DNA of 64,000 nt from Ophelia neglecta. Lineage: Eukaryota. Within the stretch, counting starts at the first letter, position 1, and each line of letters opens with the position of its first letter. The stretch spans positions 682,001-746,000 of the forward strand of contig OZ260666.1 in assembly GCA_965285935.1 (NCBI GenBank), given 5' to 3'. The notes under the pieces were generated by a model that searched no databases, was not told where the DNA came from, and saw nothing but the letters and a program-made list of their open reading frames with translations. The position numbers and the translations under genes are program-made. Below are positions 1 to 14,785 of this stretch, piece by piece.

Positions 1-320
1 GGGAGGTGGAGGGTGGGTATGTGGTAGGAGCGGGAGGATGGAGGGACGGCGGCAGGTGGAGTGGTGGGGGGGGGGGGGGAGACGTACAGAGAGGGTAGGA
101 GGGGGTATGGGATCAGAGACGGAGGTGTGGGTAGTATCAGACCAGGAAGGAAGGGATGGGTGATCGGCAGGTGGAGGGTGGTATGTGTTAGGAGCGGGAG
201 GATGGGGGGCCGGCGGGAGGTGGAGTGGGGGGGGGGGGAGACGTATAGAGAGGGTAGGAGGGGGTATGGGATCAGAGCCGGAGGTGTGGGTAGTATCAGA
301 CCAGGAAGGATGGGATGTGG
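1..320. repeat. G-rich tandem duplication (about 165-bp unit, 2 copies, truncated by the window edge)
   Basis: GGTGGAGGGTGG...CAGACCAGGAAGGA occurs twice, with poly-G runs. Confidence 0.8.
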
Positions 321-1722
321 GCGGGATTGTTTCGGAACATTATGCAATACATTTGTATGAAGGCCATCTGGTCGGAAATTGAGGTGACTTTCAGAAATCT
401 AATCCGATTATCACACAACATAGTGTACAGCTCTGGATTGTGATTCGAGCCCGCATATCCCACACAGCATAGAGCACTGTTGGCAACAGTACAGTACCCA
501 GCGACCAGCGGATCCCGCCTTGCGTTTATCGATTGGTTCTCACACATGATGGTCAGACACACGCATAGCACGGCACAGCGTTTGGCGTCTCATACACACA
601 CGGTTAAGATTTACTCACACATTGGAGGAATGAAGGGCGCACCGCGAGCGCCATCTTCTTTCCTATCAGCTCCTAGCCTTCAATATGGTGCATCTGGCTA
701 GTGTATTTGTAAAAAGCTCTGAGATGGCCTCACAAACCTAGGGAGGAAGGTCTGTTCTTGCTGTCACAAAATCCGGCATTGATTGTCTGTTGAGAGCTCC
801 GTGTTCTCAGTGGTTATCTTCTTCCTGAAGCCATGGCGCATATCTGAGTGAACTCGCGTGTATTACGCAGGTGACATAGTCGTTCAGTGTACCCTTAGAA
901 GCTATACATGGCCGGCTATTTTCATACAATCTGGATTTACCAAAACCAGAATTGCCTAGGAATGTGCGACCTACTAACGCTAGAAATCAGATAAACTGTA
1001 TTATTGACATTGAACACATCCCCTACGCGAGATGGTTTAGCCTCATATTACTGGATATAGGTTAATGACAGACTGAATGACGCGGGCATTCGTTTTGGCT
1101 GCAGGAAGAGCCGTAGGCATTCATACATAGCATCCGTTTGTGGAGAGTTGTAGAATTGTGTTATGTTATGTTATGGAAAGGGGGCGCCCTTGAGCCACAT
1201 CAGACGATACTACACAACTGGCGTCCATTGTAACCAGCTGCTACTGACCTTAATCAATGGCAGACGAGAAATGCTGGTTTACGAGGGAACAATTCGATTT
1301 ACTATATAGGCGAACAAAGTGCTGTGAATTAGTGTGCAGAGAACTTGTGTATTGATAGCTACTTAGAGTTGTTAAAAGCGATATAGGCAGGCTGACACGC
1401 AGCCTTATCAAATCGCAGCCTTATCAAAGCGGGCTCTGGAACACACTTGTTTTATGTGGTTATTATTCTAAACTAGATCCGTCGACCGACATCTTGTGAT
1501 AAGTCTTCAAGGGGTCGTAGTTCTCACCAGGCCGTGTAATCATAGTATATTTCTATGGATAACTGTCTTAGGAATCAGCTGGAATTAATAAACAAATGCA
1601 AAATAACTGCATAAAAGGTTTAACGGCGAATCCAAGGAGATTTGGGATTAATTTTTAAGTTTACAATACCACAAATATAAGCATCTGAGGCTCCGCAGTC
1701 AACAGGTCCCATAACATCTATC

Positions 1723-1755
1723 ATGGACTCCGATTCCTCGAATGAAAATGAAAAG
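1723..1755 (+). CDS. Candidate alternative first coding exon A of the DPP gene (MDSDSSNENEK)
   Basis: atcATGG Kozak context, 11 codons, strong AAG|gtaag donor in phase 0, compatible with the phase-0 acceptor at 25568. Confidence 0.55.
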
Positions 1756-3254
1756 GTAAGCTTGTACTAGTAAAAATTGATTGTTAGATACCGCGGAGAA
1801 GCTGGCCTGTTTGACTTCTTATTTCTGATTGACAATAGCATATTGACTTGCTCGTATGACTATGCTTGTTTACTTGACCTTGTAGCCATCGATATCTGAC
1901 CTTTTACCTTCTAAACCCTATATTTAATCAAATGCCTACTTTTGTGGTAAAAGTGCCCTCCTGCAGGGTCGATTTACACCTGTAGGTCTCCGTCTCTGTA
2001 CGTCGACACCACACCCATCATGCTGGGATGACAGGATTAAAGTCACGAGAACACTCAACTGTCTGCTGGGAAGTCACTCCCTCAGTTATAAGAATAATGA
2101 TATAGAGCTGAATTTTGTTTTATTTCATTCTGAATTGGCGTGCATGTCATAATGGGACAATATGATTTTTCAATGATGATTACTGGCAGATTAATAGATA
2201 ACTTTATCAATTTTTCACTGTGTTTATCGGTAACCCTCACCTGATCAAGTGATTCTCAGTCCAACAACTAGTCCAGGAGCACCAATGCTCGTGGCTTCCC
2301 TCTGTCTCAAATTAACTCAATTTGTTCTATCGGGCGTAAAGCATGCAGTCTTGCCATCTCGAGATAACGGCTGAAGCTAGGTTCTCGGGCTTCCTTCCTT
2401 CCTCCCTTCCAGCAGTCTCCGTGCCGCTCCATTATCCACGCCACATGTCTTGCTCTTCTTAAGGCCTCGAAGCCCGCCACCCTGTCTCGTCAACACCGAC
2501 TCTGGCATTTACCTGACATTTGCAAGCAATTACTTCTGCGAACGTGTAGATCGAAAAGACGCCCCAGGAAATGTTGCCTGTCTTTTGTACTGTGGTGTAG
2601 ATTGCTGATCTCCTGCTGCTGACAAGATATTGGTCTTGGTTAACAATTAGATATACGATAGATGTCATCAAGTGCTTATTATTATGATATTAACAAGATG
2701 TTATGAACAGTTCAGCCATTTTAAATGTTTTTTTGACTGGTTGTTCAAGATGATTCCTGACAGATTCCATTGCCTATTCATGATTAATGACTTCGCCTTG
2801 TTTTACGGGTATCCAGAGCCGTGTTTGACTCACTACAGGTACAATCACTGTGTACTTATACATACAAAGTGGGAAGTTATATGTCATCGACCTATCGATG
2901 AGCGAGAAGGACGATATATCTACTACCTTTGTACGAGGTTCTGCCATACAGCACACTAGGCACAACCATACGAACTACGAGAGTGCATACCTGGAAAAAT
3001 AAGTGTTTTCTCAGCTCATTATAGATATAGTGACATCTACACACAAAAATAATCTGTAAAATAGGTAACACTGCATTTTAATTGATATGCCTTGTGTACC
3101 GTCCAGGTAGAGGCCTAGGTTCTAATCACATTTACAAAGTTATGTTTAAAAGTGTTGCCATATTAATTAAACAAACACTAAAAGGTTTATATTGAAGAAA
3201 TGATGTGTGTGGTCATCAGCGTTACGAGAGAGTAGCTGGCTACTTGTATGTCAT

Positions 3255-3515
3255 GAGTAGTATATAACGGTGAGTGGATACCTGGCAGACAGGAAAATCG
3301 CTCTCGTGATATTTACATGTTTATTTACATGTTTAAGGGAGATTTTAGCTTTTATCATTAAAAAGAAAGCCCCATAATTCTTCTGGTTGTTAAAAAGAAC
3401 ACTCTTGTCAATATTAGTATAAAACGGTGAGTGGATACCTAGCAGACAGGACAATTGCCCAAATAATATTTACATGTTTATTTACATGTGTAAGGGAGAT
3501 TTTATCTTTGTAATA
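3255..3515. repeat. About 155-bp direct duplication
   Basis: AACGGTGAGTGGATACCT...ATATTTACATGTTTATTTACATG occurs twice. Confidence 0.8.
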
Positions 3516-4389
3516 AACGTATAAAAGTATAGTCTTCATAGGCGATAAACTCGTACTGATACTAGTTCATTAATACAAGCTACTAATGTTTAATCATAAT
3601 AAAACCCATATCTCTTACGCCATGTGTTCTGTGAGGAAAACTTCAACTTGGGCTTTAATAAAAGAGGATTGATATGATTCGATTAAATAAGTGAAATTTT
3701 AGGAAATATTTTACTTGTCAAAGATAATTAACTGCAACTTTTGTCTGTTTTCTGCGTAGCGAAGAAAGCATTCGCATGTATAGGGACAAGCTGTGATCAT
3801 ATATTGATCCAGTTCAATGGAAAATGACATTTTTATTAATTGTCGGGAAATGGTGTAATTTAAGATGAATATTCGGGTATTGCTGAGCACGCGTCCTTAT
3901 TTGTTGACGTAAAAGCCGAGTGACTGCTTGTGTGATAATGACAACTCCTGTGATTGAGTCTGATGCCAAATAGATAAAAACAGGCGCTTAGCTGGGAACT
4001 CAATTTCCTTTGGCGTTCGTCATTTGGCGGCATTGACTCAGCAGACGTCGACATATTGGTTTCCTCTTTGGGTCCAGATACATATATACTACACTCAGTA
4101 CAATGGGGTCTCCTAGGATCAACGCTCACTTTTCTAAGATCACCCAGTAATAGCAGGCTATAGATTACTCTAACAAGCTGGATCGGAACAGAAGGAGGTA
4201 TTTCCTTCTTCAGTTTGTTCCTCAGTTTTAAAGATAAGAAGTTTATTGCAAATGTTTTACCATTGGCTATACTAGGGAAATTATAAGCAGACAACATACA
4301 TTTTGAAAACTTTTTTCACAGTATTAGATTGTTATATGATCTGTTAGCCTGAGTCCTGAAATCTGCTTTCAGACTGACGTTTTTACCAC

Positions 4390-4437
4390 ATGGTTAGGGT
4401 TTGCATTCCGAGTCATCGCTGTTGTAATGTATTGTGC
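4390..4437 (+). CDS. Candidate alternative first coding exon B of the DPP gene (MVRVCIPSHRCCNVLC)
   Basis: accacATGG start, 16 codons, TGC|gtgagt donor in phase 0; an acceptor ctttcag lies just upstream (about 4372). Confidence 0.4.
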
Positions 4438-5131
4438 GTGAGTAACCTACACGTATCAACATTTTTTAGATAGATGATTTGTTCCGTTTGTGACGTGTAT
4501 CCTTTTCGCTTGGGACTTTTCCCTTTTTTGTTGGCGAGTCAATGTGTCACCACTTGGTTAGCTATTCAATCTTTATTCCGAGCGTGCGGCAGTAATCTGG
4601 CAGTAGGGTTTGGTTGATGAATTGGCCTTATCACGTGTAGTCCCCTGCACAGGTCCTCCGGTACTTGTCCAAGGAGATCTGGGATGGTTGAAATGGAGGA
4701 CGTTATATATTTTAATGTATTCCTTCATCATGAGTCAATCTAGAATTATATATTTGTGTCTCTTTATAGAGTAACGCGGTTAAGTGGTCAACCCTAAGCT
4801 GTGAATTAACCCACAAAAGAAAAACAGGAGCTCCCGGCCCTAACAATCCCCCCCTCCCCCTTCTCGAATGGTTCCGGAGACTGCTTCAACATGTACATGT
4901 TTAATCCAGGCAGAGGACATGACATTTAGCATATAATTGTATAAAATATATTCAATACAGAGAAACAACACCCAAGGGAAATTGAGAGGGAGCCATTTCA
5001 ATGGATAACGATAATAAGATAACGGACGTGGATGCTCGGCAGACAAAAGTAATCGCTAATCAAGAAGTGTCCATATTAAATGTGACCAGGTTCTTATTGT
5101 CTTTAGGTATTGTTCCCGAGCAGTGCATGAG

Positions 5132-5606
5132 CAGGGTTGGAACAGCCTGCTTGCCCGTCGGCCCCAGGCTGGAAAATATTGCACCGGGCCGATAAACTTC
5201 TTACCTAGATGGACCTGCGGGCCGATGACTTGTCATTGACTGATTTTTAAATTTTCCCTGATTTTTTACACAAAAAATTGGATCTTGCAACTCATGGAAC
5301 TGCCGTTCCGCAAAGAATGACGAGCAGATATGACCTCGGAAATATCTTGCTCATGGAATTCATGTTTTCTACATCTATGAAAGGAGCTATCTTATTGATC
5401 TAGCCCGGCAAGCCCCTGATCTCTTAGCCAATCACGTTCTTCGTAACTTCTGGCCTTAATCTTTTGTAAGAACGTTTATATACATATTTGTTCAGGGCCT
5501 ATAAATTTTTGATTAGCAGGCCCTGTTGGAGCCTGTTACTTTTGGTTTGGGATTACGTTTTTTCAAGTCGCTGGCGCTGTGGGCCTGTATGAATTTTCCA
5601 ACGCTG
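5132..5606. mobile_element. hAT-like MITE
   Basis: TIR CAGGGTTGGAA...TTCCAACGCTG with subterminal GGGCC/GCCCG motifs; TSD not evident. Confidence 0.55.
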
Positions 5607-5904
5607 TTACGTTACAGTATGTGCCTCTAGTTTCTCGCGTTGATACAACCAACGCTCATGTATCTCGTGTAGACCAGACGACGAGACAGTATTAGGCTCC
5701 TACATCGCAGTCACACAATCGTTCCTCCTGTAGCTCGTGTTCACACAATCTGCTCCTGTATTTCACGTAGACCCTATCAGGCTCATAAATCTTATGTTTA
5801 CTCAATCATCGCTCTTGACTCTTGGGCCCGCTCAATCATCTCTACTGAATCCCGTGTTAGCTCAATCACTGCTTCAGTACAGTATCTCGACATGGAAAAA
5901 TAAC

Positions 5905-6900
5905 AGCTCCCGTGTGTCAAGCTGACACAACCACTGCTCCTGTGTTTTGAGCTGACTTAATCACTGCTCCTGTGTCTCGAGCTGGCCCAGTCCATGCTCC
6001 TGTGACTCGAGCTGACTCAATCACTGCTCCTGTGTCTCGAGCTGGCTCAATCACTGCTCCTGTGACTCGAGCTGACTCAATCACTGCTCCTGTGTTTTGA
6101 GCTGACTCAATCACTGCTCCCGTGTCTCGACCTGACTCAATCACTGCTCCTCTGTCTCAAGCTGGCCCATTCCTGCTCATGTGTCTCAAGCTGGCCCATT
6201 TCTGCTCCTGTGTCTCGAGCTGGCCCATTCCTGCTCCTGTGTCTCAAGCTGGCCCATTCCTGCTCCTCTGTCTCAAGCTGGCCCATTCCTGCTCCTGTGT
6301 CTCAAACTGACTCAATCACTGCTCCTCTGTCTCAAGCTGGCCCATTCCTGCTCCTGTGTCTCGAGCTGGCCCATTCCTGCTCCTGTGTCTCAAGCTGGCC
6401 CATTCCTGCTCCTGTGTCTCAAGCTGGCCCATTCCTGCTCCTGTGTCTCGAGCTGGCCCATTCCTGCTCCTGTGTCTCAAGCTGGCCCATTCCTGCTCCT
6501 GTGTCTCAAGCTGGCCCATTCCTGCTCCTGTGTCTCGAGCTGGCCCATTCCTGCTCCTGTGTCTCAAGCTGGCCCATTCCTGCTCCTGTGTCTCATGCTG
6601 GCCCATTCCTGCTCCTGTGTCTCAAGCTGGCCCATTCCTGCTCCTGTGTCTCAAGCTGACACAATCACTGTTCCTGTGTCTCAAACTGACTCAATCACTG
6701 CTCCTCTGTCTCGAGCTGGCCAAAACACTGCTCCTGTGTTTTGAGCTGACTCAATCACTGCTCCTGTGTCTCGAGCTGACTCAATCACTGCTCCTGTGTC
6801 TCGAGCTGGCTCAATCACTGCTCCTGTCTCTCGAGCTAGCCCAGTCCCCGCTCCTGTGGCTCGAGCTGGCTCAATAACTGCTCCTGTCTCGAGCTGGCCC
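5905..6900. repeat. 29/30-bp minisatellite
   Basis: GCTCCTGTGTCTCGAGCTGACTCAATCACT (30 bp) flanking a core of GCTCCTGTGTCTCAAGCTGGCCCATTCCT (29 bp). Confidence 0.95.
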
Positions 6901-7514
6901 AACCACCTCTTCTGAATCTTGAACTGATGAAATCATTGCTACTAAATCAGAATATCATCCTCTTGTAGGAAAAAGATAGATTGTATTGCCGAAAATAAAA
7001 TTAATGAACTCGTTTTTTATGTTAGTCACTTTCCAACTGTTTAGTTCTCGGGATGTCGAAGTTAACATGTCGTCGGCTGTCATGGTGAAATCCACCCCCG
7101 TTTTATTACTAGACGCCAAGAGACGCTGCTGAATCAGTTCAAATTCCAAATTTCTATTTGAGGCGGGGCGAGAGATTGATTTATCTCAGTATTCATGACA
7201 GGGGTTATAGGTCAATCGATTTATCTCCTTAACATGTCTGTGCACAGCTCTCCTTTACCGCGGAGCCTCCAGATCAATATGACATCTGAATTATTCTCCC
7301 AGCATGGACCCTAGGGGGCTTGGCAATGGGGCATCTTCAAAGTGAACAGCGCGGTGCCCAGCCGAGTAAGGACCCTGTATGTGAATCACCACTTCAGCCA
7401 CTAGATATATAGGCTTGTACATCCATAGGGAATTGTTAAGTGCTTCAGCCAATTTGTTCATCCTTATTTTCGTAGGTCACCAATTCTTCATCTTGTACTC
7501 TGTATACAAATCAG

Positions 7515-7772
7515 CAGCACACGTAACTACACGTACAATGTACTCTCTTATCGAGCCTCACCGGCGTACGTAATTATACGTACAATGTACTCTCTTATCG
7601 AGCCTCACCGGCACGCGTAATTACGCACACAATGTACTCTTTAATCGAGCCTCACCAGCACACGTAATTATACGTACAATGTACTCTCTTATCAAGCCTC
7701 ACCGGCACACGTAATTATACGTACAATGTACTCTCTTATCGAGCCTCACCAGCACACGTAATTACACGTACA
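7515..7772. repeat. 47-bp minisatellite, about 5.5 copies
   Basis: CACGTAATTATACGTACAATGTACTCTCTTATCGAGCCTCACCRGCA. Confidence 0.92.
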
Positions 7773-8699
7773 GCCTAGCTACCCTCGTAACTAACCTCAA
7801 ACTCACTCGTTATAACACTCACCAGGTCCTATATATAAACTGTTCTACAGAACTCGTAATTACAACGAAACCTTTTTTCTTGACAATCTTTAATATGACT
7901 AGTAAACATTCCCGGACAGGTTAGCCCCAACACGATATATTGAGGCATATTGAACTATAGTTCTCCGGGCGTGCTTATTAACCCTTCTTTTTAAGCCTAT
8001 GCTGTTGTTTATTGCCAAGGTGAATGATCAGATAATCAGTGTTAAGCTTAACAGTCGTAGAGATATAGAACTAAATTGGGTTCGGCTAGAAGAAAAAGAA
8101 ATCTTTTAACAGAATTAAAGGTGGGTTGCCAGGCAGAAATCATCTATACAGCCTCCTTGCCTTCTTGCAAGGGCCTAAGTATCTTAACTATCTTGCCATT
8201 AAACAACATGAAAGAAGATATCATTTATAAATACCTAGCAAATAGCTCAGCGTAAGAGGCGTCATGGCTTGCCAGGATTGTAATGGCACATCTGCACTGC
8301 TTTGTTGTCTGTTTGCATATGTCTGATCCCTGCATGCTCTGTTTTTATCTTTTTCAATGTGCCTGCTCCCTGCATGTTCTCCTTTATTATGTATTTTGAT
8401 ATGCTCCCTGCATGTGTTCTGCCCTTATGTTTGTTTAGAGATGCCTGGTCCCTACATGTTCATAGTCAGGATGGTTAACATTCTTCTCGTAACCCTAGTC
8501 AATAGGAAGGCGTGAATTGACCCTTCTTATCTCCTAAACACTAAGCCCAGGTTCGTCTGCTTGGACTCTGTCGCTTGTAGGAAGCTTGCTGGATGCTGAT
8601 AATGTGTCGGAGTTAAGGATCCTGAAGTGCCAGTTATTAACGCCATCAAGGTTCCTGCTTGCAATACTGTACTATTAAAGGTCAGGATATAATGCTATG

Positions 8700-9720
8700 G
8701 AATGATGCCCTGAGATTTTGCTCACAGATTTTTCCTGGTATATATATATCATAGATTTTCCCCATGGGATTTATTTCGGAAGACTAGTCCTACTGATTTA
8801 CCTATGAGATTGTTTCTTTGATTGTCTACAACATGTGTCCCTAGGAATTATCTAAGAGGTATGTACCCGGGATTAAATCGGACGTTTTTCTGAGGAACGA
8901 CTCGGAGATTTGTCCAGGAGATTTACCCCAGGCATTGGTCCCTGAGATTTATCTGGGAGGTTTATCTGAGGTATCTCTCGGAAATTTTCCCGGGGATTTA
9001 CCTCAGCGATTTGTGCATGCGACTTACCTCGGAGATTTGAGGTATGGAACGGGAGATTTGACCCCGGGAATGATCTCCAAACTTCTCTGTCGCCGGAATT
9101 CATCTCGGAGGATTGTCCCTGAGGTATTTATGTGAGGTTTTTCCCTGAGGTACGTATCGGATATTTTTCCCGAACATCTACCACAGATATTTGTCCCTGG
9201 TAATTATCCCGCCGTTTTTCCCTGGGGTATGTCACTGAGATCTGTCCCGAGGATTTATCTTAAGGATTTGGAGATGTGTCCCCGGGATTTAGCTCGGAGT
9301 CCCTGGCCTTATTTTGGAGGTTTGTTCCTGGGAGTTAACTCGGAGGTTTGTCTCTTGGAATTTTCGGAGACAATTGTCTATGAGTATGATCTCGCTGTTT
9401 GTCCTGGGATGTATCTCGGTCTTTCCTCCTTATATTTGTCTACGAGGTTTGTTCCTGGGATTCACATCTGGTAGTTATCGCTTGATGTATCCGCACGCTT
9501 GGTACCTGGGATTTGTCTCGGAGTTCTGTCACATGATAAATCTCAAAGTTTGATCTCCGGGATGTATCTGGGAGATGTCTCTCTATATTGATCTCCAAGG
9601 TTTGTCCAAGATTTTTTCTCTTTCTAACCGGAATTTTCTGCTTTGAGTTATCTTTAAGGGTTGTCCCTGGGATTGTATTCGAAATTCTTGATATATCTCC
9701 CAGGCTTACCTTCTCCCAGG
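8700..9720. repeat. Degenerate simple/minisatellite region
   Basis: Recurrent CCCGGGATTTATCTCGGAG-like words. Confidence 0.6.
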
Positions 9721-9875
9721 CTTGCCCTCTCCAAGGCTTGACTCTCCAATATTGATCCTTATTGTTTTTTTATCGTCAATATCAATTTTTCAAAATGTAC
9801 GCGTAAACTACACATTACGTCCGACTCACTGTTCTGCAGAATGGCGTATATTTCCGGGCAATAAGCAGGATTCTG

Positions 9876-12772
9876 GTTATACTGGCCTACAGTTGTACGC
9901 ACTTAATTCTAGATATATTGGCCTACAGTTGAACGCACTTATTTCTAGATATACTGGCCTAATGTTGTACGCCCTTAAATCTGGATATACTGGTCTACAG
10001 TTGTACGTTCTTAGATTTTGATATACTGGCCTACAGTTGTACCCCCTAAAATCTAGATATACTGGCCTACAATTGTACGCCCTTAAATGTAGATATACTG
10101 GACTACAGTTGTACGTTGGTAAATCTTGATAATCTGGCCTCCAGATGTACACCCTTAATTCTAGATATACTGGCCTACAGTTGTACGCCCTTAAATCTAG
10201 ATATACTGGCCTACAGTTGTACGCCCTTAAATCTAGATATACTGGCCTACAGTTGTACGCCTTAAATCTGGATATACTGGCGTACAGTTGTACGTCCTTA
10301 AGTCTGTATATACTGGCCTACAGTTGTACGCCCTTAAATCTAGATATACTGGCCTACAGTTGTACACCCTTAAATCTAGATATACTGGCCTACAGTTGTA
10401 CGCCCTTAATTCTAGATATACTGGCCTACAGTTGTACGCCTTAAATCTGGATATACTGGCCTACAGTTGTACGTCCTTAAGTCTGTATATACTGGCCTAC
10501 AGTTGTACGGTCTTAAATCTAGATATACTGGCCTACAATTGTACGCCCTTAAATGTAGATATACTGGCCTACAGATGTACGCCCTTAAATGTAGAAATAC
10601 TGGCCTACAGTTGTACGCCCTTAAATCTAGATATACTGGACTACAGTTGTACGCCCTTAAATCTATATATACTGGCCTACAGTTGTACGTTCTTAGATTT
10701 TGATATACTGGCCTACAGTTGTACGCCCTTAAATCTAGATATACTGGCCTACAGTTGTACGTCCTTAAGTCTGTATATACTGGCCTACAGTTGTACGCCC
10801 TTAAATCTAGATATACTGGACTACAGTTGTACGCCCTTAAATCTAGATATACTGGCCTACAATTGTACGTTCTTAGATTTTGATATACTGGCCTACAGTT
10901 GTACGCCCTTAAATCTAGATATACTGGCCTACAATTGTACGCCCTTAAATGTAGATATACTGGCCTACAGATGTACGCCTTTAAATGTAGATATACTGGA
11001 CTACAGTTGTACGTTGGTAAATCTTGATAATCTGGCCTCCAGATGTACACCCTTAAATCTAGATATACTGGCCTACAATTGTACGCCCTTAAATCTTGAT
11101 AAACTGGCCTCCAGATGTACACCCTTAAATCTAGATATACTGGCCTACAGTTGTATGCCCTTAATTCTAGATATACTGGCCTACAGTTGTACGCCCTTAA
11201 TTCTAGATATACTGGCCTACAGTTGTACGCCCTTAATTCTAGATATACTGGCCTACAGTTGTACGCCCTTAAATCTAGATATACTGGCCTACAATTGTAC
11301 GCCCTTAAATGTAGATATACTGGCCTACAGATGTACGCCTTTAAATGTAGATATACTGGACTACAGTTGTACGTTGGTAAATCTTGATAATCTGGCCTCC
11401 AGATGTACACCCTTAAATCTAGATATACTGGCCTACAATTGTACGCCCTTAAATCTTGATAAACTGGCCTCCAGATGTACACCCTTAAATCTAGATATAC
11501 TGGCCTACAGTTGTATGCCCTTAATTCTAGATATACTGGCCTACAGTTGTACGCCCTTAATTCTAGATATACTGGCCTACAGTTGTATGCCCTTAATTCT
11601 AGATATACTGGCCTACAGTTGTACGGTCTTAATTCTAGATATACTGGCCTACAGTTGTACGCCTTTAAATCTAGATATACTGGCCTACAGTTGTACGCCC
11701 TTAATTCTAGATATACTGGCCTACAGTTGTATGCCCTTAATTCTAGATATACTGGCCTACAGTTGTACGCCCTTAAATCTAGATATACTGGCCTACAATT
11801 GTACGCCCTTAAATGTAGATATACTGGCCTACAGATGTACGCCTTTAAATGTAGATATACTGGACTACAGTTGTACGTTGGTAAATCTTGATAATCTGGC
11901 CTCCAGATGTACACCCTTAAATCTAGATATACTGGCCTACAATTGTACGCCCTTAAATCTTGATAAACTGGCCTCCAGATGTACACCCTTAAATCTAGAT
12001 ATACTGGCCTACAGTTGTATGCCCTTAATTCTAGATATACTGGCCTACAGTTGTACGCCCTTAATTCTAGATATACTGGCCTACAGTTGTATGCCCTTAA
12101 TTCTAGATATACTGGCCTACAGTTGTACGTTATTAGATTTTGATATACTGGCCTACAGTTGTACGCCCTTAAATCTAGATATACTGGCCTACAATTGTAC
12201 GCCCTTAAATGTAGATATACTGGCCTACAGATGTACGCCCTTAAATCTAGATATACTGGCCTACAGTTGTACGCCCTTAATTCTAGATATACTGGCCTAC
12301 AGTTGTACGCCTTAAATCTAGATATACTGGCCTACAGTTGTACGCCCTTAAATCTAGATATACTGGCCTACAGTTGTACGCCCTTAAATCTAGATATACT
12401 GGCCTACAGTTGTACGCCCTTAATTCTAGATATACTGGCCTACAGTTGTACGCCTTAAATCTAGATATACTGGCCTACAGTTGTACGCCCTTAAATCTAG
12501 ATATACTGGCCTACAGTTGTACGCCCTTAATTCTAGATATACTGGCCTACAGTTGTACGTTCTTAGATTTTGATATACTGGCCTACAGTTGTACGCCCTT
12601 AAATCTAGATATACTGGCCTACAGTTGTACGCCCTTAAATCTAGATATACTGGCCTACAGTTGTACGCCCTTAAATCTAGATATACTGGCCTACAGTTGT
12701 ACGCCCTTAAATCTGGATATACTGGCCTACAGTTGTACGCCCTTAAATCTGGATATACTAGCCTACAATTGC
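9876..12772. repeat. 36-bp satellite, about 80 copies
   Basis: TACTGGCCTACAGTTGTACGCCCTTAAATCTAGATA. Confidence 0.98.
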
Positions 12773-14574
12773 AATAGTGAAATAGATTTTTAATAGATTT
12801 TTAACAGATTTTTTAAAGGTATGAATTGAAGTTGAATGTCACTGACTCCTTGGAATTATTGTGCGATGTGATGCATTGGTAGATGATGTTACGCACCATA
12901 ATCATGCATTATTCCATGCCATGTGCAGTAGTTAGTGTAATTATGCAAACCGCGCGTTTTGTGTTATTTACTACACCGTTTGACTGTTTTACAGAGTCAA
13001 ATTACGTTGAATTACACGTAAATAAGGATATTTACGTGACAAATTACGGTATTTCTACTCCCCGACATGTTTGCATCCAAGCTGTTGTCTCCACAATATC
13101 AACAAGTCAAACAGGACTCACATTGTAATGTGTCGAGCAACGCACCATGTATGTTCAGTGTGTCCTATTGAACGAGACATATGTCCACATATTAACACCA
13201 TATCCGCCTGCTTTATATCCTCCCTCGAGATACGAGTGCAATAAAATCCTTCCAAGTTGAGTGAATACGTTGATTTGCCTGAATATTCATGGTCCGGGTC
13301 AATCGATCTGGCGCTGCTAACCTCCCTGCTCTCGTTTACAGCGGAACCACTAAGCCAATATGAGTTCAGAATCAATGGCACAATCTGGGGCAGATGTGTC
13401 GTGTCCGAGCACTGAATGGTATGCTCAATTGGCAACAACAGCTCTGTCGTTACGAGTAGATGCGAAGCATACACCAATGTATTCAGGAGTGTTACAGGGT
13501 CAGTTGTTATCTATATTTGTCGTTATCGATGGCTTCACCGAGCAATAAAAACCATTTAGTGATTTCATTGGAGGCAGTTAGGTCTCATTCCTTTCGACAC
13601 GAAAACACTGCCTGTTTTATGAACACAAATTCAATCGAGGTTCAGACTGCTCTACCATGCTGGCCATTTGTGTGTGTTACTTTCCTGTGGGTGACAATAT
13701 GTATATAAATGAGTAAAAAGAACCAAAGATCACATCTTTACATGCAAACTATATAGGGAGTGCGGTTTGTCTCATGCGGATTGATGCATGCAGACCGATA
13801 TTGTAGACGTTGGTTCCTGAACACTGCTATTGAAGTAAACGCCTTGTATCCACTCTCGGTTATTACAGCTTTGTCACAATCGGACAGACATTTTGACAAG
13901 AATTTTTACTGTTTTATTTTGCAAATCTGGATTGTGAAAATATAATTATTTATTGATTCGAAACCATAAGGTATCCCATCCCCCCCCCCCCCCCTCCACC
14001 GAATCAGAATACCAAATACGTGGCCCGACCATAACTGACATCTTTGGAAAGTTGGAAAACAGTAGTCTTTGTCCAGGCTGATTGTGTACGTGTACTACTA
14101 TCTTTCCAAGTAGCATCCAAGTATAACTTCTTACTCAAGCATCCATCCTGTGATTCCCTCATGGATCGGATCAATCGAGGAGTAGTACTCTCTTGCTAAT
14201 TATATTGGGTTAGTCCCTCACAATGCCCGCTACTGATAATTCATGTGTTTCAAGACAATCAATGCAGGAACCAAACCGGCTAATGAGCTTCTTGTAACCC
14301 ACTTACAACAAGAGCTAGTTTTAACGATAGAATGACGTCATTGCCCTCTGGGTTACATGTTATTATAGAGGTTGTACACTCCCGCCTCCAGCTGTCGTTC
14401 ACAGACGTTCTAGCGTCTAATATATCAGAATGGTATTGCTCAAAGAGGCACTGGCGCAAATGAAGTTAAAAGGCTTTTAGCGAGAACGCTTTCCATTAAC
14501 TTGGATGGCCCCATGCATGAACAATTCATGAACTGGGGCCACTGAAAAAATGGGTTTGACATCAAACCATGGAA

Positions 14575-14785
14575 CTAATTTAAACTATATGTCTCGTTGA
14601 TTTTATGGGTTTTGCTGTTGGGTTAATTTATTTAACCTATATTTATTGTTGATTATATGAGTTTTGCTGTTGGGTTGATTAATTTAACCAATATTTCTTG
14701 TTGATTATATAAGTTTTGTTGTCGAGTTAATCGATTTAACTTATATTTCTTGTTGATTATGTGAGTTTTGTTGTTTGGTTAATAG
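14575..14785. repeat. About 52-bp AT-rich tandem repeat, 4 copies
   Basis: AACTATATTTCTTGTTGATTATATGAGTTTTGCTGTTGGGTTAAT... Confidence 0.8.

Noticed and set aside
5917-6902. Multiple overlapping Cys/Leu-rich ORFs
   Set aside because: Translations of a 29/30-bp minisatellite.
9876-12793. 675-aa and 524-aa ORFs, an LRR-looking peptide, and a CRISPR-length (36 bp) repeat
   Set aside because: Head-to-tail satellite with no spacers and no cas genes. The frames are open on both strands only because the unit is a multiple of 3, and 35-bp units break the frame.
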